From Laetmonice hystrix (Eukaryota), in the NCBI GenBank assembly GCA_965235115.1, contig OZ249437.1, positions 50,530,001 through 50,594,000 on the forward strand: a DNA stretch of 64,000 nt, written 5' to 3'. Position numbers and translations under genes: made by a program. Shown in pieces: positions 1-13,650 of the stretch. A model generated the notes under the pieces. It was not told the origin of the DNA and did no database searches. It saw nothing but the letters and a program-made list of their open reading frames with translations. Position 1 is the first letter of the stretch. Every line of letters starts with the position of its first letter.

Positions 1-576
1 TGTAGGCCTAATGCAAAACGGAGTAGGCCTATCTAGGCCTACCGTAACCCGGCCGTCACCCGCTTGTAACCTCGGGGGTTTATCTGCTATGCACTGTTCT
101 TTTTTAAGTAAAAGTAAAGCGGAAATAAATTTAATATTGAGGGGAAAGGCAACATAATTATTTTGTTTTCTTTCCAATCATAATATCAAGAGATGTGGCT
201 CCAGTAAGCGACAGTAATAATTTGTTTTAACACAACACTGACGAAACCTTGTGTTCGATGCGTTTGCTAGAAATCTGCAATGTGCAGTCAGCTAAAAAGA
301 AATGTAGTAAAAAAAAATGCTAAAATTTTTAGAAACAGCCGAGGCTTCATCATTAAAAACGTCCAAAAAAAACTATATCATAGACCTTCCTGGCTGCTGA
401 GAACCTCCAATCGCTCGCATTTTGAACTCCGCAGAATGAAACCTTTATTCATCCCTATGCATGGCTCCGTTTCAATCAAACAAAAAACGCCGCGATTTTT
501 GAAATAGCTGTGCGTTGAATGGTTCATTTGCGGCCGGAACATTTGTGGCAGAGCAAAGGGCAAAGCCAACCGTGTG

Positions 577-880
577 CAGGTACGGATCCAGCACTGCACG
601 AAAGAGGGCGCCTTTGAGCGCCGAAGGCGGGAGGCAAACATGACATTGTGTGTGTGTGTGTGTGTTGGGGGGGGGGGGGGGGTCTAGGGGTCCTCCGCAG
701 AACATTTTTGAATTTAGAAAGCAAAAAAAAACGCTATTTCTCTGAATCTGGATATAGAAATTGTGAAGTTTCTCAAAGCATTTTGGCCTATAGCCTCCCA
801 ATAATTGTTGTCACTTCTTCAAAAAAGGGGGCGCCTCTACCCCCCCCCCCCCCCCACCCCCACCCCTGGATTCGCGCCTG
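577..880. mobile_element. Non-autonomous DNA element (MITE) of the CAGGCGCGGATCCAG family
   Basis: Ends caggtacggatccag / ctggattcgcgcctg are imperfect inverted repeats. Internal blocks recur at about 16186-16250 (cagcactgcac...cgaaggcg) and about 36730-36800 (gatagaaattgtgaagtttctcaaagcattt). Contains (TG)n and poly-G/C tracts. Confidence 0.65.
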
Positions 881-1200
881 GTGTGGGTGTGGGTGGGGGG
901 GGGGGAGCGGGGGAGCGGGGGCCACCCTCCTGATGGGGGGGGGGGGGGTGTTCTCCCTCCCTACCTGGGCCAGGCAGGCGATCAAGGCATTGAAAACTCT
1001 CCATTTAGTTCATTCTCATAATTAATATTAATAATGATCATAGTAGCTAATCTCGAATCGAATAGTGACTTCTGACGCTAGTTTTATGGGGTTTAACTTT
1101 TATGGCAACCTCTGCGACAAAGAGGCAACTAGTAAATCTATTTTATAGCCACTTCCGGTAGTAAGGGCACATAAGTCTGGCTCGATGGCTGGATTGTAAC

Positions 1201-1428
1201 TTGGTATAACCGCCGGGCCAGGATTGTTTTGGTATACCTTGGTATACCGCCGGACCAGGATTGTCTTGGTATACCTTGGTATACCGCCGGACCAGGATTG
1301 TCTTGGTATACCTTGGTATACCGCCGGACCAGGATTGTCTTGGTATAGGGCCTACCTTGGTATACCGCCGGACCAGGATTGTCTTAGTATACCTTGGTAT
1401 ACCGCCGGACCAGGAGTGTCTTGGTATA
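1201..1428. repeat. 37-bp minisatellite, block 1 (about 6 units)
   Basis: Unit ataccgccggaccaggattgtcttggtataccttggt starts at 1244, 1281 and 1318 (period 37). Confidence 0.95.
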
Positions 1429-1819
1429 GTAATGACGTGAAACAAAGATGGCGTCACAATTCAGTGATTTGTCAGTGGCGACACCATGCGTCGGAGGAGA
1501 TAAACTAAACGCCCTCCATAGGAAAAGCATGGCGTGACAGGTTTAGGACAACATTATCTGACAAATGACCTGCATTTGGTGGCAGGTGTAAAAAAAATAC
1601 GGTACTCGGATGCCCAGGGTAGCCATATTCCCGCTAGGCTACCAACCTATGTCCAAAATGGGACTGAGGACGTTCCCAGCCGGGCTCATGCATAACTTGC
1701 CATAGGCGCATTGTAGTTTATCTCACCCGTCGCCGTCACTAGTGGTCACGGGCGCAAACCGGAAGTTTCAAATCGGCCTATCTCGTTTCTAATCTGTTTG
1801 TGTATGCTAATCTGTGGTG

Positions 1820-1968
1820 TATACCGCCGGACCAGGATTGTCTTGGTTGGTATACCGCCGGACCAGGATAGTCTTGGTATACCTTGGTATACCGCCGGAC
1901 CAGGATTGTCTTAGTATACCTTGGCATAGAGGTCTACCGCCGGACCAGGAGTGTCTTATATACCAAGG
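1820..1968. repeat. 37-bp minisatellite, block 2 (about 4 units)
   Basis: Same unit and orientation as 1201-1428. Confidence 0.9.
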
Positions 1969-4900
1969 TGGTTCGGTGTACTTGCATCGAGCCAGACATA
2001 ATATAATATAATTATGTGCCTTTAACCGTATTTTTAAGATTTACCCCTACGGTTATGGTTAGTGTATAAATTGATATGATATAGATGTAATATTAAGCCA
2101 GGAATTCAGATCCGTCGAACTTGCATTTAAGGAAGGCTTGGAAATAATATATTAGCCTATGTCACACCAGCCATTTCGGATACTAAGTTTGGTGGGGGGT
2201 CCAACAACCATTATTGACAGAAGCCTAATTCTAATAGGTAGAATCGGATATCCCGAGGAGAGCTGCAAGTTTTCAATCAAATGAGTCTGTGCTTTGTGTA
2301 CCTCGAAGTCGACACATGACCTGCCTAAGTTGAAACTTGGCCTGCCAAAGCCCTGCCGGGCAATAAATAGGCCTACTAACTTTGAGGCCACATGGGCTTG
2401 CATGCGACGTCAACCGATTTTTTTACTTCGCTTATACGATGAAGATAGAGAAAGAAGATTTTACCTGTTCAAAGCAAAGCATTAAGGCGGATTTATAGTC
2501 CGTCGCTATATAGACCGCCGCTCGGCAGTCCAATGGCCGACAACAGTCGTTGGCAGACTTTAGGCCTACTGTTGTCGCGCCACGTGCTGACATTGTTGTT
2601 GGTCTGTCCAGCGACCAATCACATGTCAGGCAGGACGTGAATCTTTGTGATGGTTGACTTTAATCACCGGACGGCGGCCGACAGACGGACTCTAAAAGTA
2701 GAGCTATGGGCTTTGTTGTCTTGTTGACATGACCTTCACATCACGCATACTTGTAGGCCCTATTCTTATTGTTGCGTATTGCCTGATAGAAAACTTATTT
2801 TCTAAGCAAATCCTAACCGCGCATGCTAGGAGCCATGCATGCAGGTTAGAAAAAAAACAAATGTTCAGGTAGCCGGTTAATAAGCCATCAAGTATGTATA
2901 CGTTAGTATGTGGGACTATGTGTCACAGACCGTCAGTTTCTACACAAATATAAAAAGAAGTGAAAAAGTCCAGTAAGTGGCAAGAACGGCACGTCGTTAT
3001 GCACCACTGAAGTTAGTTCTTTATGTTTCTATGGCATGCCTTCCAATTCATGTAAATTCAGGTTCTACTGGTGAATAGGCCTCGGTGGGAATTTTCCCGA
3101 ATAGCGTCATATTAATTTCTACAGGTGGACTAACGAGGGGCACATTTCACTAGCGATTTCAAGTGTTCCCTTTTATACGAGACATTATTATTTGGTCAAG
3201 TTATAGATGAGACAATACAACGCTCAAAATTAATCAGTGCACCAAAACTAGGTCATAATTATGACGTTTCTGACCAAGTGTCCAAACGACGCCGACCGAA
3301 CGAGGTCAGCATGTCGCAGTACTCCCATTTCTCTATACTACTACTCGAGCTTTCGCTTTCGGTGCCACAAAATGACGGCCCGCGTGGCGAAGTACGGGGC
3401 TCCCGGAAAAAGTGAACCCACCGCATTTAACGACTTGTTATAGCGCTGACATCTGCGTACAGCCTAGAGTATTGCACTATATCACCACAGATCATACGAA
3501 TAGTACACGTAATCGAAGAAAACCAGATTCACAGAAAAAAATTGATGACAAACAGGAAGTGGCGTTTTGTAGGACATCCATGTCCTCGACCGAGTCGCGA
3601 TATCCGAGCACATTCTATCCCTCTGTTGGCGATATTCGGTGGGGGGGGGGGGGGGAACAAAATGTGGTTAAAAGTACATTCAGATTATTTCTAACGACAG
3701 TTATAATTATAAGTCCCATACAAACATAAGAGTCAGGATCGGTATAGATAGTGGAATGAGTGGAGCCTATTTCGGAGGAGAGCAAATTAGCTTTGAGCTT
3801 TGAATCCATAAGTTGTAAACCTTTTGACCACGGAAGATTGTTTGTCTATTTAAAAGAATATCAAATAAAGTTGCAACATTCTATGCGTTTACGGACAACT
3901 TTTTCCTCCGGCCCCACGTGACAATAACCCTCTTCCTGAAATACGTCTACCTATAACAATTGTTCAGCGGTAGAAATCGGGTTGCCAGCTTAAAATGGGT
4001 TTACTATATTATAATTATTGTCCAAACACCTGTTTCCAGTAAAGATTTCATTGACTTAGAATCTAGATCTATCACCTATTGACCTATCACTTGGGCCTAT
4101 TACATCACAACCACGTTGGTGTAGAGATCTATAGCCTAGCTAAACTGTCCCGCGCTGCCGTCAATATGCATATACTCTTCATCTCTGATGGGGTTTCCAG
4201 TAAAGCCATTACATACCAAGGTGCAAATTACGGACAATTATGGCCAATTTACATGTGGTTGTCTCATTGAGGTTACGTCATGAGTGTATTCCCCTAAAGC
4301 TGTATTGGGTGTTTTGGGCAAATGGTGTGCCGTGGTATAGGCGCGCGGTCTCTCACAGAAATAACGGGAACGCAGGTCTATTGATAACCGCGCCGCGTTA
4401 TTTATTCACCAGTGAAAAATTAGGTGATGGGAATGTGTTCCACTAAGAGCAGCCGAGCCTATCTCAGCGACAGGGATGAGACTGGCTCCTCGTAATTATG
4501 CCAATACAAGACGACCTAGCGACTGACCTACAAAACATCGGGCAGGTCAAGACCTACATAATATCGATGGCCAATATTACGTCTTTGCTGTTGCTGTTTA
4601 TAACACGGCCTCACAGGATTTATGGAGTTTTTAATTCGCCTTGCAATAAGTTATATTGATGCAATGAGGATTTCAGAAATTCCGTGTAGGCCGTGAAACA
4701 TTTAAAATCTCAGTCGGGATAAAAATGTAAGAGAATCAGGCCTAACCCAAATAAAGCACGTTAGTCAGCTGGCGTGCAATACTATGGTGGTGGTTTCGTG
4801 GCCACGCTCGGCGTTCAGGGCCAGGCAGCAGTGGTGGTGGTGGCGGCGGGCGGGAGGCCGGCGGCCGGGGCTATGTAGGCCAGGCGGCCGACGGTTTGGC

Positions 4901-7900
4901 CTGTACCGAGCGCCACTTCTAGCGCCTTTCGCCGGTAGAGGCCTCGGCCCCGCCGACCAGTCGACCCTATTCCGCCGGCCTTCCTGCTAAAATCGGACCG
5001 TGGCCTACATGCACGAGACACACTATTGCAAGGCCCAGCAATAGACTCAGCGCATCTGAAGCTGAATAAAAATACCACCTCCACGGTTTAGTGCCATGCA
5101 AGCGCGCAGTTTTCGCTATCAGGGTCTCTTAGTAAATCGTACACTTGGCATAGGTACAATTGGTGTCAATCGATATGATGGTGTACAATGTAAGCTCTGT
5201 TGTGAACGTATGGTAAAGGTGGCGATTAAGGCCTTGCTGAGTGGGGCGGCCCCAGTGGCCGGGCCAGCGCCTGCCTCACTGGTCGGTCGGCAGTAGATCG
5301 CGGTCATCATCCGCAGCAGGCTATCTGCATGCCGCAATGGCCCTGTTCATCCATGTAGCTGGCGACAGCCGCAGTCGGCGGCCTCCCTTCCTGGATTCCC
5401 CGAAGATGGCCACAGGGTGGGAAAAGCAAGGTTCTTCATAGTTTCTCCTCAGATACCACAGAGGGATGGAAGGGGGAAAAGTATGAGCGGATAAAACCAC
5501 TTGAGGGTGAGGGATAATAAAAGAGATTATAATTACCTAGGTAACATGGTTTGTCTCATCAGGCGGTATGTCTGGTGGCAGTGGTGGCCGCCCAGAGGAC
5601 GGTTGGTAGGACTTTGATCCCTGCTGGCAACACCTTCCATCTCTATCCCTCCGCATGTCTTCAGGCGTACTCCACGGGTAATACTGAGTGGTTCTCTTTG
5701 AAACTCGCCGGCAGCGCGGCGGCCGGAGACTCCTGCTCGGAGACATGTTGAGACAAGGAGAGCCTGTTCTCCGATACGTGTGCCGTGACCGGGCCGACAG
5801 TCTATATTGAACAGTCCGCATGGAGGAGGCGAAGCGGCCCCGATGGCGCTTGTAGGTCAAAACCTATATTACAGAGGCCGCTAGCCTCATTCTCTTCCCG
5901 ATGACCAGCCTACACGTGCCCCACTTTGCAGTGGAAACAAAACAATCCAGTTTACCCTCTCCAATAAAGGGCAGCCCAACCGCTTGCAATTGGGTGTAGA
6001 AAGCCAGCCCAAGTCCTGCTTGTCCACTATATTGTATATTGTAAACGTCAGGCAGACTTCTGCAGCATCCACGAACGGCGGTTCTCTGTTCTCCGGGGAC
6101 GAAGGGCGGGAGAGAACGAGGGGCGCACGCTGTCATCTACACCAAGAGCACGGCGCGCGACCAGCCAGGTAAAACGAGGGCGCTTACAAAAAGCACCACT
6201 CGTTGGTAAATTGGTCAGTGTGTCATTGTAAACGTTACAAGGACGTTTGACATTACAATCCGATGTTTATTAATTTCAGATATGGCGAAGGTTAAATCTT
6301 TCGTCCACCACCCGCCAGTTTTCTCTCCCATCGTTTAGTGTGTCAGTGTGTCATAATGCCATTCTCCCGCTAAATATACCCCAAACGCCTCCATATCATC
6401 GGTTGGCTTAATAATTCAGCGCAGGCCACCACTACATGTGATACTTCCATGAAAATCACCTTGAGGAACAAGCGCGCCACGCGCCCTCAATCTTCCAGGA
6501 AATTCCAGGCTGCGCGTTCCGAGTCCGACAAAGTGTCGTCATTGTTTTCACCCCTACGGCCTGCACGGCGCAGACGTGAAGAAGTCACACTTTCTCTTGT
6601 TGGCACCGGCCCGACGTAGTTGTACACGTGTTGTACAGATGGGTTGGGGCCTCGTTTATAGGTTGTTGCGAGGTCAAGCACTTGTGACGTAATGACAAAG
6701 CTATAAGACTCGGGAATGAACACATCGGAAAATAATCGAAAAGCCCTAGGTCGGCAAGTCTGGGCAGCACTGCGCGCTATAGGTCACGACCCACTTCTCC
6801 AACAAGCGTCTCGCTCGGCCCTCGTTCCTCGCATTAAATGCATGTATCACACCCACTTACATTATAGGGGTCAGAGCCATTGTCGTCGGCAAATTAAATG
6901 TGATGGATAACTACAGCATTGTTTTACTGAATGTAAATGACTCGAGTGAATCGCGTCAGGCCTCTACCCGACGAACTACCGTTCCTGCGATGTCCGGCAT
7001 TTTGTGGTGTACAAAATGGCGTGGATAAAGAGACCTAACGTGAGGCTGATAATAAGTCCGTCACAAAACGATAAAACTATGTTTAACCGATGTCAGAATG
7101 TCTCGTCTACAGCATTATCGCCCAGGAATACTAGGACGGCAAGCATATTACAACAGCATGGCAACCACTCGGGCTTAGGATGGATTCCATCTTTGCTGCT
7201 CGTTCTGTTAGGGACAAATAATCCACATTCAGGCATATTTTTAGGAAATAGCCTCATCGCAACAGATTTCAGAGTGAAACAGGCATTGGTAGGCCTGCTC
7301 TGTGAAAATATGATTTATGGTGATAATGGTGAGAGTTATTTCAGAATATAGGCCTACGCTTCCTGTTTTGTGCATGGCCCGATGCCCTACAAATTTGGCC
7401 CTTTCGCGCGCAAGTTGGCCTAGGCCTATAATACGGAAGTAGGCGAAAGCATGTCGGCCACATCACAATAGACATAAAGTGGAGCGATAAATTCTTATCG
7501 CAAGTTCTTGTAAAGTCCTTACATAAATTATATCTGTGTTGTACCGGCAGCTCAATATCCCTGGGTATGGAGTACGCAGACTAAGCCTATCCACATACCA
7601 ACGTACACGGATTTGTAGAATATCGTGAGAAAGAATGGATGATAAAAGAGGCTTGATAAAAGGGCGATGCACTAGGCCTACACAAAGGTGGGCCCATGCA
7701 GACTAAAACTAGAACAACGCGTTTAGCTCACGAGAAGAAAATAGGCCTACATATTCTCAACAAAAAGGCTGCATATTACACACCGGTCAATACTCTCGAG
7801 GCTATAGAGATAGTTATGCACAACGTCGGTACAGAATTAGATGGCTCTAGATATCGGTAACTATACAAACATAGGCATAAATATGTCTACATGTAGGCCT

Positions 7901-9516
7901 AGCAGTGAAAGTACGCTGTCCACCATACTATGTAAAACCAGGGCGAACCTCACAAGGTATTTGGGACATTACCACAAGCACAGCTATATGGTGTCAAAAT
8001 GGGTTAGTATGTACCGCACTGATAGCCGTAGCGCCTGCCAACGAGAGCGCAAATTTCGTTCCGTGAAACGAACATAGGTTAAAACTAGCGGGAAAGAGCC
8101 CGTGGTCGTTATATTTACCAAATTCAACTATTGCCCCACGTATACGTCCGGCGTATCCGTGGCCAAAGGAAAATGTCCAAGGACGAGGGATCCCGACTTA
8201 GAAAACTTCGAAATGTTTTAAGGGTCATATAATGAGGAAGCCATAGAGGTCTATATATAGGCCTGTATACTGGGCTTATATTTTTGTCCAAATCCAGATG
8301 ATTGTAAAGGCCGAGACCTACTTCTCTATAGTGAGGGTTTCTATATAGGCCTACACGTACATTGTACACTAGGCCTATTGATGCGCCGGACGACAGCGTT
8401 GCGATTTCCATGTAGAGGGGATTATAGGGGACCACCCCCCCCCCCCCCACACACACACAGAATTTAAATTTGACCGTTCAACTAATTCTGCATGTTAGAA
8501 CAATTAGCCCACCCCTCCCTAATCTTTTCTGCTTCTGTCTTGCAGTGTTGCACCGAAGGTCGAGAAAGCGCAGGTTTTGGTACCTTCCACGTAATATGTG
8601 TGAAGTTTGAGAACGGTTAAAACACAGATCATCTACACCTATTATCAAGACTTACTTTGAACATACATCCATCAGTAGACCAGTAGTGAATATTAAGCTG
8701 GGTTTCCATGTGTACGTTTCCGTTATCCGTTTCCACTATCCGTTTCCGATTCGACCATACAACCCTATTTCCTATGGGGCGTTTCCATGTGTATGCCATC
8801 CTCCCACGCTCGGGGTTAAACCGCTTCCATTGATTCCCCCCCCCCCCCTTCCCTCACCCCAGCCCGCCTATTCTCACAAGCGTGTACTTCGCAGCGCCAT
8901 CTGTTTTCCACCTACTTTCAGTACCCGCAAGTAGACCGGAAGCAGTCTTAGCACCAATCAGATTACAGCCTAGGCCTAAAACATAAATGATCAATATTAT
9001 CATATCCCTGGTGTAAATCCCTATCTGACAGTCTTCATTGACACTCCCCGGCCTAGCTGTGCGATATTCCCCATAACAACCTGTGGCTATGCGAACAGTT
9101 TCCCTCATTGGCGTCGGGTTGTGAAATCCTGTGCTATTAGAAGAAATTAGACATTAGTTGGGCAAACGAGCTCCCTAGCACCCCCTGGCTATGTGAACTG
9201 TCTTCATCAGGCCAACATCCAGTTTTTATACCTTCTGGGCTGCAAACAGATTAATGACAAGATATTTCATGGGTTCCTTGTCAGTGCTGGAGTTAGACCG
9301 TCCAGTCTTTATCCTATTTGCCGATAGAGCGACAGGCTCACATAACTCACGACAAGCAACAGGGGCGCGGAACAAGAATGGGTAGCCTGGGGGGCAGAGC
9401 ACTGACAAAAGTGATTTTCAATGGGGAAACGAACAACCATTTTAGGCCCACGCGTTTAGTCTATTTTCTAGTACGATAGTCTAGTTGTGGATATCAAGGT
9501 CACTCGTTCTTGTAAA

Positions 9517-10153
9517 CAATCGGAACTAGCGAGCCATTTCCGGTTTACTTTGCTATTCGGGAAATAGACTCGGACAGTGAAACAAGTGTAGAAATTCTAC
9601 GGACATTTAACGGCAAACCGCTGGAGATGTGGTGTGGTCTCTGATCCGGCCGATTGAAGATTTAGTGCAGTCGATTTACCAACTGTTTTAGGTGTTGCTC
9701 CTCTTGCTTCTCTCGAAGACTTGAAGGGCAAACGAAGGTTGACGCTCGCATATTGAACCGCAATTAGGAATTCAACATCTTCCAAGGGAGTCTCCATTGA
9801 AGGCGTAATCTATCGCACGTGCACTTTGTTGTCATCGTGTGTGCGCCGCCATTATAGAAAAAGTCGGACTGACGAAATCGTATTGTTACATTAAATTATG
9901 TGAACCTGTTACTTGTTTGCTTATTATCAACACGTAGGCCTACAGTTGGTGAAAAGTTGTTTATTATGCACACAACACCTAAAACAGTGGTAAATCGACT
10001 GCACTAAATCTTCAATCGGCCAGAGACCACACCACACCATACCACACTCCGGCGGATTGCCGTCAAATGTCCAGAATTTCTACACTTTCACTATCCGAGT
10101 CTATTTCCCGAATAGCAAAGTAAACCGGAAATGGCTCGCTATAGTTCCGATTG
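9517..10153. repeat. Long inverted repeat (about 180-bp arms, about 275-bp spacer)
   Basis: 9517-9697 matches the reverse complement of 9973-10153 with a few substitutions and small indels. Confidence 0.9.
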
Positions 10154-10793
10154 GCTTGTAAAGTGTCATTGAAACATCCAGTCATAAAGGTTGACCAGTA
10201 CGCGAAAGGTCGCCTCAAGGAGTGCGAGTAGGCGACTAGCCTAAGCTTTATAGCGAGAAGTGACTAGGTAAGACACTAGGTGCGCTAGAGTATAGGCCTC
10301 CAGACAGGATTCCCACTATGTCCTGTGCGGCTATACCTGCTTTAGGGGTCTATAACTAGGAACCATTATATAGCAGCGTTCTGTGTCGGATACATCATGG
10401 CTACTCAGTTTGTGGAGAGGTTATCCGGGATCCGCGTGAGGATTTTGCCCATAAGGTAGGCCTAGTTACCCCAGTTGTCGCGGTTTTTAAAATATAGTTG
10501 TTTCCACCATCAGAGTGAATTTCGCAGCTGTCCCCTTATAGGATGTGTTAACAGAATCAATATGAAAAACTTTCACTGCCATGAAGTACGTCAGTGGCGA
10601 GTATTGGCGCATAAATCTCAAGATTACGGTCGGTTCGGCGGATGATATACTCCCTTTAACATCAGTAAGAAAGGAAAGCAAAAAGTATTGCTGAATTCTA
10701 GTCAATAGGGCACTCATTAATAGCCATTATAATATCTACTATGAACTGCAATTCAAAGGTTACACAATGATATAGGTATACATGTAGCCGTAG

Positions 10794-11108
10794 TAGACCG
10801 TGCGCGGAGGGTCGGGTCGGGGGGGGGGGGGGTCCGGGGTGTCTGTTTACCCCCCCCCCCAATCCAAAATTAGGTAGGCCTATCTGTTTACCCCCCCCCC
10901 CCCTAATCCAAAATTAGGTAGGCCTATAGGGCTTGAAAATTATCACTTTTGACATGTCATTTCAGACCTGCTCTAAGATGCACCAAATGCCACCAATTTA
11001 CACCTTAAATATCACAATTTTCCGGATCCCCCGAACCCCATAGCATGCATGGCTTCCCCGGCCAAAGTGTACCCCCCCCCCCCCCCTAAAGATCTGCGCA
11101 CAGCCCTG
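10794..11108. mobile_element. GC-rich MITE with poly-G/poly-C tracts
   Basis: Imperfect TIRs gaccgtgcgcgga / tctgcgcacagccc, plus an internal duplication of tgtttaccccc...aatccaaaattaggtaggccta. Confidence 0.55.
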
Positions 11109-12971
11109 GTAAGGTCAGATAAGATCTATAGGTCCACTGGGAACAGATAAACAAATCAAACGAATAGGAGCTAGCATGTTTCTTTTATTGTCACAAACTA
11201 AATAAAACGCGTTTTGTGACATCGAAACCTCATTGATTTCGAAAACTTATTCATGCACTGACAAAATCTATTACAATCAAACGCTGGGGTTTCACACCTC
11301 AGAAGCATTCGGGATTCAAGAAGAAAAACATTCTGCACATATTTATCATATCTCTCAACTTCCGCTTCCCTTTTCCACACTTGACGTGGTCCCTCACAAT
11401 AAATATTTCCCAAAACAAAAGTATATTCGTGGATTGCAAATCTAAAGTTACAAAATGGCTTACAACCTTACAACCAGTCACCCACCGGGAATGTTTTCCA
11501 TTTGAAATGGAACGGTAAGCATGCGGCGACTGGGCGCAACTACAATAAGCACAGCAGTCAGGTCTCAAACAAACGCATTTCTTTTTGCATTTCATTCTAT
11601 AGTTCGAATTGGCAGTGATGCCGCTTTTGCTTTATGTCCCCTCGAGAAATCTCACCAGATTTAATTTAAAACGGCTAGGGTGAAACAGGTCTAACCAAAA
11701 CGTCAGACACGAGCAGGGGTCTTCGGCAGCCAAATCAATAATTCGAAGGATAGAAATATCGCTGTGTCACATCTCAGTTCTACTCCCGCTTTGATGTCCT
11801 CTTATTTGTTCATCTATGATTTATAATACATGTACGTTCTCTTTTGCGTCATTACAAACAACTACACATGTAGGCGTCTATAGGCCCCTAATATCCAGGA
11901 AGGCAGTGGGCCCTATTTTGTGATCGTGACCATCACACAACTCGCCAATAGCAAAAGCGTCGAAGTTCATGCATCTTGCACCTTTTCAATATTTATCAAT
12001 AATATTTTCTGAAATAATAACCAGTTCATCCTCTTAATGCAAGGTGCCGTGATTTCATAGACCGAAGAAACAATAGGCATCACGTATATGTGTGTATGAG
12101 GTTGCACTGCAATATTATGTGAGCGTGAGACCCATGAGGCATTACTTTCATAACAAGCACAACATGAAACCTCAACAAAAACCTCTGAAAATATAGTCTC
12201 ATACACGTAGCATAGAGCAGCTTTGGCGTCTGCGGGAAATCTAGTACTCCATGAGTACTCAACAAAATTCAACGTTTAACAGACTTACACAATTGACAAA
12301 GAATACATCGATATGTCTTCTGTGGTTCAAAATGTACAATTAGTTGAATAGATAACAGTAGACCCTACTTCTGTTTCTAATATACATGTATTGTATTCAC
12401 AAACGTTTAGGTCACTACAAATATAGTATGAAAAGAATCATGCCCATCATTTCTAAAATGTGTCATAAAACACGAAAGTCTAAACTTCTCAGTTCTTTTG
12501 TGACGTGTTTCTTGAAAACCTTCACGACATTTCTAACTTTAATCGCAAAAATACGGGCATACAAAAGTCTAGAAAGAACTGTTAGACGTTCACCAATTTA
12601 TTATAACAGTGGTACCTTGAGAAGGCTCTGTTTATCACCTTTAAAACTATTACTCGCAGTATTTAACTGACAGTGTACTCGATCTCTAAGGCAGTAAAAA
12701 TAGACTCCCATGTTTTCAAACAAATAGATTTTCCTACAGTGTGTACATTAGAATATATACCTGTTTTTCTAGAACATTTCCAATCACTTTAGTTGTGCAC
12801 ATGGCTACATCTACCCGTCTGCATAGACTCTACACGATACGTATGTATTCAAACATCACTGAATTACGAGAAAAACTGTACTGGGCCCGTACCGCTTCCA
12901 TACCAAGTGACAAGCGTTTAGTCTTCCAGTTAGTATCCTAGGCCTCCGTGCAGAGGCTTACAATGGGGATC

Positions 12972-13116
12972 CAGGGGCGGGTCCTGAATTTGGAAGGGGG
13001 GTCCATGGGGGCATCTGGCAAAGGGCGGGGGTCCAACACAGTTTATTCAGAAAGCTCTATGGGGAAAACCAAAAAAAAACCTAACCCCGTTACCCCCCCC
13101 CCCCGATCCGCCACTG
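12972..13116. mobile_element. MITE of the CAG(G/T)GGCGGATCC family
   Basis: TIR-like ends caggggcgggtcc / gatccgccactg, the same end motif as the copies at 20903, 52372 and 56381. Confidence 0.6.
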
Positions 13117-13160
13117 GGTTCCGTGTTGACAACTTGACCTACAGGCGGCGTCAGCAGTGG

Positions 13161-13650
13161 GATTCGTAATGCTATAACAGTGACGTAACATTGACGAGTG
13201 ATTCGTACTGCTGTAACATTGACGAGTGATTCGTAATGCTATAACATTGACGAGTGATTCGTAATGCTATAACATTGACGTAACATTGACGAGTGATTCG
13301 TAATGCTATAACAGTGACGTAACATTGACGAGTGATTCGTACTGCTGTAACATTGACGAGTGATTCGTAATGCTATAACATTGACGAGTGATTCGTAATG
13401 CTATAACATTGACGAGTGATTCGTAATGCTGTAACATTGACGAGTGATTCGTAATGCTAGAAACATTGACAAGGAATTCGTAATGCTACAACATTAACGA
13501 GGTCTTTGTAAGGCTAGAAACATCGACGAGGGATTTGTAATGCTATAACACTGACGAGGGTTTCGTAATTCTACAACATTGGCGAGGGTTTCGAAATGCT
13601 ACAACATTGACGAAGGTTCGTAATATTTGGAACATCGCCGAGGTATTTGT
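13161..13650. repeat. 28-bp minisatellite (about 16 units)
   Basis: Unit gattcgtaatgctataacattgacgagt. Some units carry an 11-bp (a/t)gtgacgtaac-type insert, and units degrade toward the 3' end. Confidence 0.95.
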
